A stretch of 64,000 bases of DNA from an uncultured Clostridia bacterium (GCA_947306125.1 CAMZFO010000001.1:3153-67152); one strand, 5' to 3'; positions 8,434-17,841 are shown, counted from the first letter of the stretch. The notes: a model not told the origin generated them from the letters alone. Translations and numbers: made by a program.

Positions 8434-11400
8434 TCAGCTTGCGGCTATTATCGCGTATATCGCGGCGATATCTCTGATATCCACCGTGCCGTCCTCGTTG
8501 GCGTCGGCGTTTGCCATGCCGGGCTCTGTTATCTGCGGATTCTCGCCGTTCAGGTACATGGAAAGCAGCGTCACGTCCGCCATGGTGACGAGCCCGTCGC
8601 CGTCAAGATCGCCGGGGGTGAGCGTGGGCTCGGGAGCGTAGATCGGCTCTATCACTATATCCTCGGTTATGCAGGAAAGGTCGAGCTCCGGCCATGCGGC
8701 GGTATAGCCCTCGAGCTCCGGTATCTCGGGGAGCTCGTAATCGGTGAGGGCTTCGCCGTTGTAGACGTAGTAGATCGTATCGAAGCCGTCCTCGATGTGG
8801 AAGGTTACGGAATGGATGTAATCCTCGTCCTCCTCCCACTTGGCGTAGATGTAGGTATCCTCGGTCAAAGGAGTGTCGAAGCTCCACTCCGTGCCATCCT
8901 CGCAGCCGTAGGTCGTGTACCAGCCTCCGAAGAGCATTCCGGTGCGGGTGGGGTCGTAGGGAGCGGCAGCTGTCGTGCCGGGGACAATGCCCGTCTGAGT
9001 CTCTATCTCACTGCCGCCCATGGTGCAGAATATGAGGGAGCAGCCGAACACGCCGCTTGCCGCGACAGCCGAATTGGAGTTATAGGTGATGACAGCGTTC
9101 TTGTGCTCGTCCTCGGTGACGGTCACACCCAGAGCGCCGCCCGTGATACCCTCAAACACCGCGTCGTTATGGAAGGAGCTTACGGTGATATCGTATTCCG
9201 CATCGGGATCGGCGATTATGGCTGCGGAATCGCTCGTGGGAACAGCGGTGAGGGTTGCGGTTTCGGCCGAATCAACGGTCACGCAGCTCCAATCGGTCGT
9301 CATATCGTTGCGGCAGACGGTAGCGGACTGCGCGCAGGGCTCGGTGCATGTCGTGGAGACGCTTCCGTCGCTGCCGAAGACGAATTCAGCGCCGCTCCCT
9401 GCGGTCGAATCCGCCCAGAAGCCGTTTTCGCCACTGCATACCAGCGAGGCATGGTATTCCTCCAACGGTTCATCGGTAACTACACTGTTACACTCCTCGG
9501 GAGTGATCGTGTAGCTTGCGCCCTCAGAAAGGACCGGCACGTCGAACTCAAGCTGCAGCTCGGAGTTGATCTCGTTCATGCACTGACCTTCACCGATCTC
9601 CAGCTCGCCCTCGGTCTTTTCGCCGTATTCAATAACTGCATACGCGCCGTTCGACCCGTCGATCCTGAAGGAACTAAAGTTGGTTGTAAGGGTAGTGTAA
9701 ACATCGTCCTCAATCTCTCGCGCCGCTGCACCGGATGTGTATCCCTTACCGGTGAGGTAGTCTTGAATGTTTAGATGGTCGTATGCCAGGCTTTCGACGG
9801 TAAGCGCATATTTGATAAAGGTTATTCTTTGTGTTCCGTTATTATAATCAGTGACATCAAGCCCGAGGTTTTTGTAGGTTTCGCGTTCAATATCTAAATG
9901 GATGAAAGCGCCAATTCTATTAGGATCAGCAATATTGATTCTGTATGCACTGTCAGTAAGTGTATAACCACAAGCAACAACTGCGTGACCTCCTGAAATT
10001 TCATATTTTTCTCCAGCCCAATTGTAGATATTAAAGCCAACCACAACAGGATAGTTGCTTGAATCGATAGCGTCTATGACTCTTTTGCAATTGACTTCTT
10101 CGGTGTTGTCAGGAGTCCTTGCTATTCTTGTTGTTGGGGATGACTGCAAAATCTGGTAGTATTCTATTAAATTTCGCACTGCCTTATTATTCGCCGGCTT
10201 CTTAAGTGCAAAAGTGGTTGTACAATTACTCTGAAAAAAGGACGGCGTAATCCTATTGGCAAGAATTAATGAAGCAACTGCAGACATCCCAAAGCAGGAA
10301 GCGTTATACTTTGTGTCAAGTTCTCCATTTAATGTAGCTTTGTCACTTCCAAATGCTTTTTCCAAGGCATTTTTATACTCGCCTGTGATAAGCTTCCCGT
10401 ACGTAGGGGTATAAAACAAACCTTGGTCCAAGTAGTGATAAAAGTTATCACTGCTGTTATTGAAGCTATACCAATCCTCGTGAATGTCGAAACCGGGTTT
10501 CCACTTTGCATACAAACAAATATTGGAGTATACCGGGTATCCGTGAAAACTATTCGATGCATTAAACCAAGGCTGTCCTGTACATTCAGGATTTGAATAC
10601 CATCCTCGAAAAGTATAGCCTTCCCTTCTGGGATTGTTTGGCGCATAAGCAGGTTCTCCGGGATCAACTACCTGGGTCGTATACGTACTGCCGCTCCCTG
10701 TGTTCAGCATAAACTTAACGAGCAGTTTGCCGGATGAATTGCCAAGCTTCGCAATAGGATACCCATTCCATGTAGTTTCTCCATTGGGTGCCCATTCGGA
10801 AACGTGAGCGGATGTGTAGTAAATGCAGAAATTGGGAGCGCAGGAATCGAATACATAGGATCCGAACGAGGAGGGCGGCGCGCCGAGGAACGTCGCGCTT
10901 GTGAGCGACGTGCAGTGATAGAACGCATAACTGCCTATGCTCGTCACGCCGTCCGGGATGGTCACGGAGGTGAGCGAGTTGCAGTAATCGAACGCCCGAT
11001 AGCCTATGCTCGTCACGCTGTCCGGGATGGTCACGGAAGTGAGCGAGCGGCAGCTGGAGAACGCCCTACCGCCTATGCTCGTCACGCTATCCGGGATGGT
11101 AACGGTGGTGAGCGAGCTGCAGTCTTCGAACGCATAACTGCCTATGCTCGTCACACCGTTCCCGATAGTCACGGAGGTAAGCGAGTAGCAGTACTGGAAA
11201 GCATTATCGCCTATGCTCGTCACGCTGTCCGGGATGGTAACGGTGGTGAGCGAGCTGCAGCCACTGAACGCATATACGCCTATGCTTGTAACGCCGTTCC
11301 CAATGGTCACGGCGGTGAGTGAGTCGCAGTATCCGAACGCACTATCGCCAATGCTCGTCACGCTGTCCGGGATGGTCACGGAGGTGAGCGCGCTGCAGTC

Positions 11401-12312
11401 TTCGAACGCATAATCGCCAATGCTTGTAACGCCGTTCCCGATGGTCACGGAGGTGAGCGAGCTGCAGTAAGTGAATGCATATCCGCCTGTGCTCATCACG
11501 CCGTTCCCTATGGTCACGGAGGTGAGCGAGTAGCAGTAAGCGAACGCATAAGTGCCTATGCTCGTCACACTGTCAGGGATTGTCACGGAGGTGAGCGAGC
11601 TGCAGTGGTAGAACGTATATTCACCTATACTCGTTACGCTGTTGCCGATGGTCACGGAGGTGAGCGAGATGCAGTTAGAGAACGCATAATCGCATATGCT
11701 CGTCACGCTGCTTGGAATTATATAATCACCCGTTTTTCCTCCGGGACACCGAATCAATACGGTTACCGCTTTATTAAAAAGCACACCGTCAATACATGTA
11801 TAATACTGATTGTTAACATCAACATTAATAGAGGTGAGCGATTCGCAGTAAGCGAACGCATTATCGCCTATGCTCGTCACACCGCTGCCGATCGTCACGG
11901 CGGTGAGCTTGCTGCAGCCATAGAACGCATAATCGCCTATGCTCGTCACGCTGTTGCCGATAGTCACGGAGGTGAGATTTGTGCAGTAACAGAACGCATA
12001 ATTTCCTATGCTTGTCACGCTGTTTCCGATATCAACGGCTTTGACGCTCGTTCGATAAGAATACCACGGCACGGATGAATAGCTTGACCAATTGGTCATA
12101 TCCCCCGTACCGGTGATCTCGAGCACGCCGGTTTCGGTGTCAAGAGTCCACGTAAGGTCAGCCCCGCAGGTGCCGGAATACACCGCACGAGTCGGCTCGG
12201 TTATTTCGGTCTTCTTTGGCTCTTCGTGTTCCGTTACCGTTCCGGCGAAAATGCTGCCGAACGAGCCGAAAACAAACAGGACTGCGAGGATAAATGCTGT
12301 AAGCTTTCTCAT
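8434..12312 (-). CDS. Secreted BspA-type LRR protein with embedded Cys/His peptidase-like cassette, Flg_new repeats and C-terminal dockerin
   Basis: 1292-aa ORF with signal peptide MRKLTAFILAVLFVFGSFGSIFAG. It has about 17 units of a 23-aa repeat (VTIGNSVTSIGDYAFxxCSSLTS). Peptidase-like motifs are NASCFGMS ... SGGHAVVACGY. The C-terminus GDLDGDGLVTMADVTLLSMYLNGENPQ...ADANEDGTVDIRDIAAIYAII is dockerin-like. Confidence 0.9.
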   Translation of the reverse strand: MRKLTAFILAVLFVFGSFGSIFAGTVTEHEEPKKTEITEPTRAVYSGTCGADLTWTLDTETGVLEITGTGDMTNWSSYSSVPWYSYRTSVKAVDIGNSVTSIGNYAFCYCTNLTSVTIGNSVTSIGDYAFYGCSKLTAVTIGSGVTSIGDNAFAYCESLTSINVDVNNQYYTCIDGVLFNKAVTVLIRCPGGKTGDYIIPSSVTSICDYAFSNCISLTSVTIGNSVTSIGEYTFYHCSSLTSVTIPDSVTSIGTYAFAYCYSLTSVTIGNGVMSTGGYAFTYCSSLTSVTIGNGVTSIGDYAFEDCSALTSVTIPDSVTSIGDSAFGYCDSLTAVTIGNGVTSIGVYAFSGCSSLTTVTIPDSVTSIGDNAFQYCYSLTSVTIGNGVTSIGSYAFEDCSSLTTVTIPDSVTSIGGRAFSSCRSLTSVTIPDSVTSIGYRAFDYCNSLTSVTIPDGVTSIGSYAFYHCTSLTSATFLGAPPSSFGSYVFDSCAPNFCIYYTSAHVSEWAPNGETTWNGYPIAKLGNSSGKLLVKFMLNTGSGSTYTTQVVDPGEPAYAPNNPRREGYTFRGWYSNPECTGQPWFNASNSFHGYPVYSNICLYAKWKPGFDIHEDWYSFNNSSDNFYHYLDQGLFYTPTYGKLITGEYKNALEKAFGSDKATLNGELDTKYNASCFGMSAVASLILANRITPSFFQSNCTTTFALKKPANNKAVRNLIEYYQILQSSPTTRIARTPDNTEEVNCKRVIDAIDSSNYPVVVGFNIYNWAGEKYEISGGHAVVACGYTLTDSAYRINIADPNRIGAFIHLDIERETYKNLGLDVTDYNNGTQRITFIKYALTVESLAYDHLNIQDYLTGKGYTSGAAAREIEDDVYTTLTTNFSSFRIDGSNGAYAVIEYGEKTEGELEIGEGQCMNEINSELQLEFDVPVLSEGASYTITPEECNSVVTDEPLEEYHASLVCSGENGFWADSTAGSGAEFVFGSDGSVSTTCTEPCAQSATVCRNDMTTDWSCVTVDSAETATLTAVPTSDSAAIIADPDAEYDITVSSFHNDAVFEGITGGALGVTVTEDEHKNAVITYNSNSAVAASGVFGCSLIFCTMGGSEIETQTGIVPGTTAAAPYDPTRTGMLFGGWYTTYGCEDGTEWSFDTPLTEDTYIYAKWEEDEDYIHSVTFHIEDGFDTIYYVYNGEALTDYELPEIPELEGYTAAWPELDLSCITEDIVIEPIYAPEPTLTPGDLDGDGLVTMADVTLLSMYLNGENPQITEPGMANADANEDGTVDIRDIAAIYAIIAAS

Positions 12313-12362
12313 GGGAACTCCTTCTCCCGGGCGGGGCCGCGGGTAAAAATATTACTGATTTA

Positions 12363-12390
12363 ATTATAAATGCGTATATTGATTTGTCAA
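12363..12390 (-). promoter_or_regulatory. Consensus sigma-A promoter of the 8434..12312 gene
   Basis: Minus strand: TTGACA-16 nt-TATAAT, about 50 nt upstream of ATG 12312. Confidence 0.7.
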
Positions 12391-12661
12391 TGAATAATCG
12401 GGGATATGGGAAAAATCTTTTTACAACCCCCTCAGAAGAACAAAGGCGCTCCGCGTCACCCTCCGGTCATCCTCGCTCCGCTCGGCTGACAGCCTCCCTT
12501 TACAAGGGCGGCCTTTTGGTCAGTCGCCGCACACACCGGCCTTCCCCCCTTGTGGGGCGCGCAGCGTTAAGAAGAGGCAGCGGTGCTGCGTCTTTAGCGG
12601 AGCGCCGCGGAAGCTCTGTTTCAGGGTTACTGTCGGCGCGGCAAAAGGATCGATGACGGAT

Positions 12662-12862
12662 GAGGGTTTCCCTTCCCCTGATTGGGGAGAGAAAAGTGCT
12701 TGGGAAGCATCCCTCATCCACCCCCGACCTAAAGGTCGGCGGTCCCCGGAGGGCGGTCCCGGCCGCCCGTTTTCGGACTTTCAGACCATTCACCGGATGG
12801 TCTGAATTGCTCCGCAACCGTCCTCAAACCCCGCAAGGGAAGGCTTTTGTCGGGTTTCCGCG
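12662..12862. repeat. Intergenic hairpin-rich repeat, copy B
   Basis: Same orientation as copy A. Core 12711-12856 is about 97% identical to 5503-5648, and the left part (12662-12710) is about 75% similar to 5455-5502. Confidence 0.85.
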
Positions 12863-12948
12863 CCAGCGTCCAGCCTTCCCTTGGGGGAAGGCTTTGGTCG
12901 GCCGCCGCACGGGCTGCTTTCCATTGACAAGGGGAGCTTTGGGGTTTT

Positions 12949-12971
12949 AAAAAGGGGCTTATGAAAGCCCC
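12949..12971 (-). terminator. Rho-independent terminator of pncB
   Basis: Minus strand: GGGGCTT-TCAT-AAGCCCC followed by TTTTTAAAA, 16 nt after the pncB stop. Confidence 0.7.
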
Positions 12972-12986
12972 GGGTGCGTGCATGAT

Positions 12987-14192
12987 TCAGTTCTTCATCC
13001 CGCGCTGGCGCTCGAGGCGGAAGGCGACGGAGTTTTTGAGGTATTGGAGGTATTCCTCGTCGCGGCACATGGATTTGCCCTGCGAATCGGAGAGCTTGGC
13101 AACGGGGCGGCCGTTGACGTACTGGAGCTTTATGACGATATTGAGCGGCTCAACGCAGGTATCGTTGGAGCAGAAGGTGCCGATTCCGAAGGAGACCTTT
13201 GCGCGGTCCTTGAAGTGCTCGAAAAGCTTCTGCGCGCGGTCGAAATCGAGGCTGTCGGAGAAGAGGAGCAGCTTGGTCCTGGGATCGACGCCGTAGCTCT
13301 TATAGTGCGCTATTATCTTTTCGCCCCACTCGTAGGGATCGCCGCTGTCGTGGCGGACGCCGGTGTAGTTATTGACCATGGAGCGGTTGAAATCGAGCAG
13401 GAAGAGGTCGGTGGTGATGGTGTCGGTCAGCGCGGTACCGTTATCGCCCTTATACTCGTCGTACCAATCCTGCATGGCGTAGTGGTTGGTATAGGAGAGC
13501 GGTATCTCGTCGATGCCCTGATACATCTGCACGTATTCATGCGCGTAGGTGCCGATGGGCGTTAAATTATACTTCCACGCGAGATAGACGTTTGAGGTGC
13601 CGGCGCAGTTCTTCGTCTCCTGCGCGAAGCGGCGGACTACGACCTCCTGCCACTCGCGCGAGAGACGCCTGCGGCAGCCGAACTCCGCAAAGGAGAAGGT
13701 ATATGTGCCGTCGTTCATTGCGTTGATCTTGGCGGTGAGGCGCTCATCGGCGGACTTCACGAGCTCATCATAATCATAGGCCATGCGGAAATAGACCTCG
13801 TTGATTATCTCGAGAAGGTATATCTCGAACTGCATGGCGGAGAAGAGCGGGCCGTCCACGACGACCGAGAGCTCGCCCTTTTCATTCGTGCTGACCGTGA
13901 CGTAATCGCGGATGGGGTGCCAGAGCCTCAAAAACTCGACGTAGTCGTTCTTGATGAAGCGGATGGACCTCAAATAATCGAGCTCCTCCTTGGAGAAAGT
14001 GAGGGTGCAGAGGTGGTCGATCTGCTCCCTTATCTCCTCCACCATTTCGGGAGTGAACACGATATGCTCATTGCGGCACTTGAAATAATACTGCCCGCAA
14101 AGATCGGTGTGCTTGTGGAAGATGACCTGATCCATATTGAACTTATAAAGATCGGTGTCGAGCAGGGAGACGATTATGGGCTGCAGTTTCAT
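12987..14192 (-). CDS. pncB: Nicotinate phosphoribosyltransferase
   Basis: 401 aa. The N-terminus ...SLLDTDLYKFNMDQV..., ...AGTSNVYLA... and overall length match the PncB family from memory. Confidence 0.9.
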   Translation of the reverse strand: MKLQPIIVSLLDTDLYKFNMDQVIFHKHTDLCGQYYFKCRNEHIVFTPEMVEEIREQIDHLCTLTFSKEELDYLRSIRFIKNDYVEFLRLWHPIRDYVTVSTNEKGELSVVVDGPLFSAMQFEIYLLEIINEVYFRMAYDYDELVKSADERLTAKINAMNDGTYTFSFAEFGCRRRLSREWQEVVVRRFAQETKNCAGTSNVYLAWKYNLTPIGTYAHEYVQMYQGIDEIPLSYTNHYAMQDWYDEYKGDNGTALTDTITTDLFLLDFNRSMVNNYTGVRHDSGDPYEWGEKIIAHYKSYGVDPRTKLLLFSDSLDFDRAQKLFEHFKDRAKVSFGIGTFCSNDTCVEPLNIVIKLQYVNGRPVAKLSDSQGKSMCRDEEYLQYLKNSVAFRLERQRGMKN

Positions 14193-14227
14193 GATGATTT
14201 ATCCTTTCAGTGAAGTGATTCGGTTTT

Positions 14228-14635
14228 TCAGCCGCCGATGATCTCGGCGGGAGCGACGGCGCGGACGAGCGCGGAGAACGCGCCGGGGCGCTTGGGTATG
14301 GGCTGGATGACGCGGCCCTGTGCAGGCTCACCGGAACCAAAGGGGGCGAGCCCGATCGTATCGTCGATCTCCGGAAGCGCGCCTTCAAAGGGGACGGTCA
14401 CCTCATAAGTCCCGTCGCCGCGGTCCTTGAGCAGGCGTATCGCCATTTCGGGGCATATCGCCGCGCAGCCGCCGCAGCCGACGCATTTATCGGGATCGGA
14501 AAAGGGCCTGCCGTCCTCGCCTACAGCTATGGCGGTAAAACCGCAGGCGGAAACGCATTTGCGGCAGTCCGTTACCGGGCATTCGATCACAGCCGCGCGG
14601 CCCCTTTTGAGCCTTTCCGTATCGGGTAAAAGCAT
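14228..14635 (-). CDS. 4Fe-4S ferredoxin-domain protein
   Basis: 135 aa with CxxCxxCxxxCP-type motifs (CRKCVSACG..., CVGCGGCAAICPEMAI). It sits directly upstream of pncB on the same strand. Confidence 0.75.
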   Translation of the reverse strand: MLLPDTERLKRGRAAVIECPVTDCRKCVSACGFTAIAVGEDGRPFSDPDKCVGCGGCAAICPEMAIRLLKDRGDGTYEVTVPFEGALPEIDDTIGLAPFGSGEPAQGRVIQPIPKRPGAFSALVRAVAPAEIIGG

Positions 14636-14698
14636 GGGTTCAGCTTCCTTTCACGCATTTTTGTTATTATATCACAATAATGCAATAAAAGCCACAAT

Positions 14699-14731
14699 AA
14701 AAAACGCGCCGCAGGCGTTGACCGCAGCGCG
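14699..14731 (-). terminator. Rho-independent terminator after the anti-sigma-like gene
   Basis: Minus strand: ACGCGCTGCGG-loop-CTGCGGCGCGT followed by TTTTTTATT. Confidence 0.65.
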
Positions 14732-14753
14732 TGTGTCAATGCGTTTATCAGAC

Positions 14754-15890
14754 TCAGCAGGCCGGGGTATAGGAGAATTCCACGTAATCGCTCGATACGG
14801 CGCAGATGACGGTCTCGAAGCTGTCATCGAAAAGGCCCTCCTGCAGCCAGCTGCCGCTGAACACGTATACCGGAAGGAGCCAGCTTCCCATATAGGTATC
14901 CTCATAGGACTCGCCATCCTGCATGCTTTCACGGTATTCATGAACGAGAATATAGCCCAATTTCACTTCCGTGGCAACAAGGCCATTCTCCGGACAATCC
15001 TTAAACACTATAAGCTTATCACGATCCTTTTCATACAGGTTTATTACCTCGCCTACCGTCATAAGCGGGTATTCCAAAGGCTCGGTAAAATCAAACAGGC
15101 GCCCCCGAGCCTCCATGATCTCGCCTTCATTCGTCATTTCGATACAGAAGAAGCAGGCGTCGCCCCATTTATACTCTATGCCATCTATCTCTTTGGGCCG
15201 ATAGACCACGTCCACGCACTCAAAGGCCTCGTAATTTCCTTCGGCATCGCTGTTGACCAAGCCGTCTACCGCAACGTACGGCTCGGTTGGGATCGCATTT
15301 CCGAGGTTCAGGTTGGCTTTTTCAAGAAACTCACGGGCGATCCTAACGTATTCGGAATCATCATAGAGCTTCTCCTTTGCGGGAACCGGATTTACCGTTT
15401 TTGAGTACACCTGTATCCAGTTTTCATTGCAGGAGCCCTTAACGTTTCCATCGCTTGTTTTCAGCATCATTCGAGGATGCACGTTCTTATCGTTATATTC
15501 CACCTTGGGATCCTCCGCGCCCAAAAGCCTTGCCATGTTCAAAAGCACTTCCTCATTTTGATTCACGCGAACGACTTTATAAACGTTTGCGGTAGTTCTT
15601 TCAGGATAAGCATCCTCTGAGATATCGAAAACGGTATTGCCCTGACTCTGGCCTGCGACATCACCATAGGGGTTGGATATCGTGATCTTGGGAAGATCGG
15701 CATAACTGCCGGGCTTGCCGCCGATCTGTGTTTTGATGAAGAATGCGGCGCCCATTACCAGCGCAAGGCACGCAGCGGCGGCCCCGATCCATTTAAACCT
15801 TGCGGGCCTTTTGACTGCAGCGTTCTCCGCCTCTGTGATATAAGCTTCCTCGAGGCCGTTCAGCGCCTCGGAAACGTATTCCAAATTCAT
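14754..15890 (-). CDS. Anti-sigma-factor-like membrane protein (short cytoplasmic N-terminus, one TM, large extracytoplasmic domain of unknown family)
   Basis: 378 aa. Its ATG overlaps the sigma gene stop (ATGA). The N-terminus ...EAYITEAENAAVKRPARFKWIGAAAACLALVMGAAFF is a single TM. Its layout parallels 55828..56604. Confidence 0.7.
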   Translation of the reverse strand: MNLEYVSEALNGLEEAYITEAENAAVKRPARFKWIGAAAACLALVMGAAFFIKTQIGGKPGSYADLPKITISNPYGDVAGQSQGNTVFDISEDAYPERTTANVYKVVRVNQNEEVLLNMARLLGAEDPKVEYNDKNVHPRMMLKTSDGNVKGSCNENWIQVYSKTVNPVPAKEKLYDDSEYVRIAREFLEKANLNLGNAIPTEPYVAVDGLVNSDAEGNYEAFECVDVVYRPKEIDGIEYKWGDACFFCIEMTNEGEIMEARGRLFDFTEPLEYPLMTVGEVINLYEKDRDKLIVFKDCPENGLVATEVKLGYILVHEYRESMQDGESYEDTYMGSWLLPVYVFSGSWLQEGLFDDSFETVICAVSSDYVEFSYTPAC

Positions 15891-16444
15891 AATGAATAGC
15901 CCTCCTTTTCAAGGTATCTGCGCAGTTTTTCGCGCAGGCGGGAGAGGCGCACGTAAACGCCGTTTTCCGTCATGCCGAGGCGCTTGGCGATATCCGGCAC
16001 CTTGTCCGAAAACCAGTACCGCCGCGTGAAAAGCACCCGGTTCTCCCTGCTCTGCTCCGAAAGGAAGCGGTTTATGAGCCCCGCGAGCTCCGTTTTGAGC
16101 GCTTCGGCCTCCGGAGTGTTCTCATCGGGCAGCACCTCCGCGAGCTCGTCCAGGGCCGCGTCGTAAGCGCTGTTCCGCTTCTGCGCCGTGTTTCTGTGGT
16201 ATGCCTTAGTCGAAAGGTTCCGCGTGACCCTTGCGGCGTAGGCCATAAGGTTTTCGGGTTTTTGGGGCGGTATGCTGTTCCAGAGCGCGAGGCGGGCGTC
16301 GGAAACACACTCCTCCGCGTCCCGCTCGTCCCGGAGTATGTTTCGGGCCAGCTTTCGCATAAGCCCTCCGTATTTCTCTTCAAGCGCTTCAAGCGCTCTC
16401 TCGCTTCGGTCAAAGAACAGCTTGACAAGCTCGCCGTCCGTCAT
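15887..16444 (-). CDS. RNA polymerase sigma-70 family (ECF-type) sigma factor
   Basis: 185 aa with region 2/region 4 organisation (...DAEECVSDARLALWNSIP..., ...PDIAKRLGMTENGVYVRLSRLREKL). It is a paralog of 55271..55831. Confidence 0.85.
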   Translation of the reverse strand: MTDGELVKLFFDRSERALEALEEKYGGLMRKLARNILRDERDAEECVSDARLALWNSIPPQKPENLMAYAARVTRNLSTKAYHRNTAQKRNSAYDAALDELAEVLPDENTPEAEALKTELAGLINRFLSEQSRENRVLFTRRYWFSDKVPDIAKRLGMTENGVYVRLSRLREKLRRYLEKEGYSL

Positions 16445-16499
16445 CCGTCCCGCCTCCCTTCACCCTATAAGTACCTTTTAAGGAGGATATCTTACGTCG

Positions 16500-16528
16500 A
16501 TTATAAACCTTTTTTTCGCAGGCGGCAA
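16500..16528 (-). promoter_or_regulatory. Candidate sigma-A promoter of the sigma/anti-sigma operon
   Basis: Minus strand: TTGCCG-17 nt-TATAAT. It is divergent from the promoter at 16557-16585. Confidence 0.5.
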
Positions 16529-16556
16529 CAGCTTTACGATAAAGCGGAGCTTTGTG

Positions 16557-16585
16557 TTGACAACTCATCGGACTAATGATATATT
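16557..16585 (+). promoter_or_regulatory. Sigma-A promoter of the CHAP-dockerin gene
   Basis: TTGACA-17 nt-TATATT, 65 nt upstream of ATG 16650 (AAAGGAGG SD). Confidence 0.65.
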
Positions 16586-16649
16586 CGCACTGTGCCGGTA
16601 AAGGTTTATTCCTTCGCTTACGCATTCAAACGATCAAAGGAGGCCGGTT

Positions 16650-17807
16650 ATGAAAAAGCTGTTTACCGTTTTGCTTTCAATCGCGATCATCTTCGGTTTT
16701 CTTCCTTTCGGGACAAGGCCTGCAAAGGCGATGAATATGCCTTACGTTCCCACGTCCTTTTATATAGGAAGCGAGTATTATACACGGCTGCGGGAAGTGG
16801 TCCTGACCGGCGATCAGCGGACGGATATAGTTAACGTCGCGGTATCGCAGATGGGTTATCACGAGGGCGATTCATTGGAGGAGCTTGACGGAAGCGCGTT
16901 GGAGGGCAGCGCGGATTATACCGAATACGGCTATTGGTGGGGTACCGAGGTGCTCGGCGAACCGGAGGGGCACTACAGCGCATGGTGCGCGATCTTCGTA
17001 AGCTGGTGCGCAAGGCAGGCGCAGGTGCCCGTGACGATACTCAAGAATTCATCCGGAGCAAACTGCTCCCCCGCAAGGTTCGATCTTACCTATTATTCGG
17101 GGAGCGTCTACACCCCGCAGGTGGGCGACCTCTTTTTCAAATCCGATTGGAGCCACGTGGGTCTTGTGCGCTCGGTGGACGGCGATAAATTCACCACCAT
17201 AGAGGGCAACTGCACCAAGATGGTAAAGAGCAGGAGGCTCAATATCGCAGATTACAGATTCGGCGTGCCGGAATACAATACCTCCACGCTCAGTTATTCT
17301 ATCGGGTTCGACGCGAACGGCGGCGAGGGCTCCGTTCCCGGTTGCTCCGTCCTTTACGACGGCGATTTTACCCTTCCCGGCAGCGACAGCTTCAGCCGCG
17401 CAGGATACGTGCTTGCCGGATGGAGCGTCAGGCGCGCTTCGGACGATAAATGGTTCGCGGAAGGCGCAGTATGGGAAACCGAAGAGGCGATAGTATCGGA
17501 CGGATACGCGAAAAGCGTTTTCCCCGCAGGCTCGGCCCTGATACTGGACAGGCTGTGGCGGGAAGGCGGCGCGGTCAACGACACATTGGTGTTTTACGCT
17601 GTATGGAAAGGGATGGGAGTCATCCCCGGGGACGTTGACTGCGACGGTTCCGTTACCATGGCCGACGTCACCCTGCTGCAGATGTATCTTAACGGAGAAG
17701 CTCCCATAGTTTCGGCGGACGGTATGCAAAATGCGGAGGCAAATCTCGACGGCCTTCTGGATATCAGGGATATATCCGCCATTTACGGAATTATCGCGGC
17801 GGGCTGA
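16650..17807 (+). CDS. Secreted CHAP-domain peptidoglycan amidase/peptidase with Flg_new repeat and C-terminal dockerin
   Basis: 385 aa with a signal peptide. CHAP motifs are WCAIFVSWCARQ (Cys), WSHVGLV (His) and TIEGN. An ...AGYVLAGWS... repeat is present. The C-terminus GDVDCDGSVTMADVTLLQMYLNGE...AEANLDGLLDIRDISAIYGII is dockerin-like. Confidence 0.85.
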   Translation: MKKLFTVLLSIAIIFGFLPFGTRPAKAMNMPYVPTSFYIGSEYYTRLREVVLTGDQRTDIVNVAVSQMGYHEGDSLEELDGSALEGSADYTEYGYWWGTEVLGEPEGHYSAWCAIFVSWCARQAQVPVTILKNSSGANCSPARFDLTYYSGSVYTPQVGDLFFKSDWSHVGLVRSVDGDKFTTIEGNCTKMVKSRRLNIADYRFGVPEYNTSTLSYSIGFDANGGEGSVPGCSVLYDGDFTLPGSDSFSRAGYVLAGWSVRRASDDKWFAEGAVWETEEAIVSDGYAKSVFPAGSALILDRLWREGGAVNDTLVFYAVWKGMGVIPGDVDCDGSVTMADVTLLQMYLNGEAPIVSADGMQNAEANLDGLLDIRDISAIYGIIAAG

Positions 17808-17841
17808 CACGGGCGTCCCCCGTTCAGACGCTTCGTTTTGA

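Noticed and set aside
10880-12060. Highly periodic 69-bp repeats (also 22060-23420) that could be mistaken for a CRISPR-like or satellite array
   Set aside because: The periodicity is exactly 23 codons, lies inside long ORFs and is in frame. It encodes the BspA-type LRR consensus. There are no unique spacers and no cas genes.
14754-16444. Annotating the sigma/anti-sigma pairs as SigI/RsgI cellulosome regulators
   Set aside because: The sigma factors are ECF-sized (185-186 aa, regions 2 and 4 only). The anti-sigmas lack any carbohydrate-binding module I can recognise. The adjacent dockerin genes have sigma-A-type promoters. I keep this only as a low-weight analogy.
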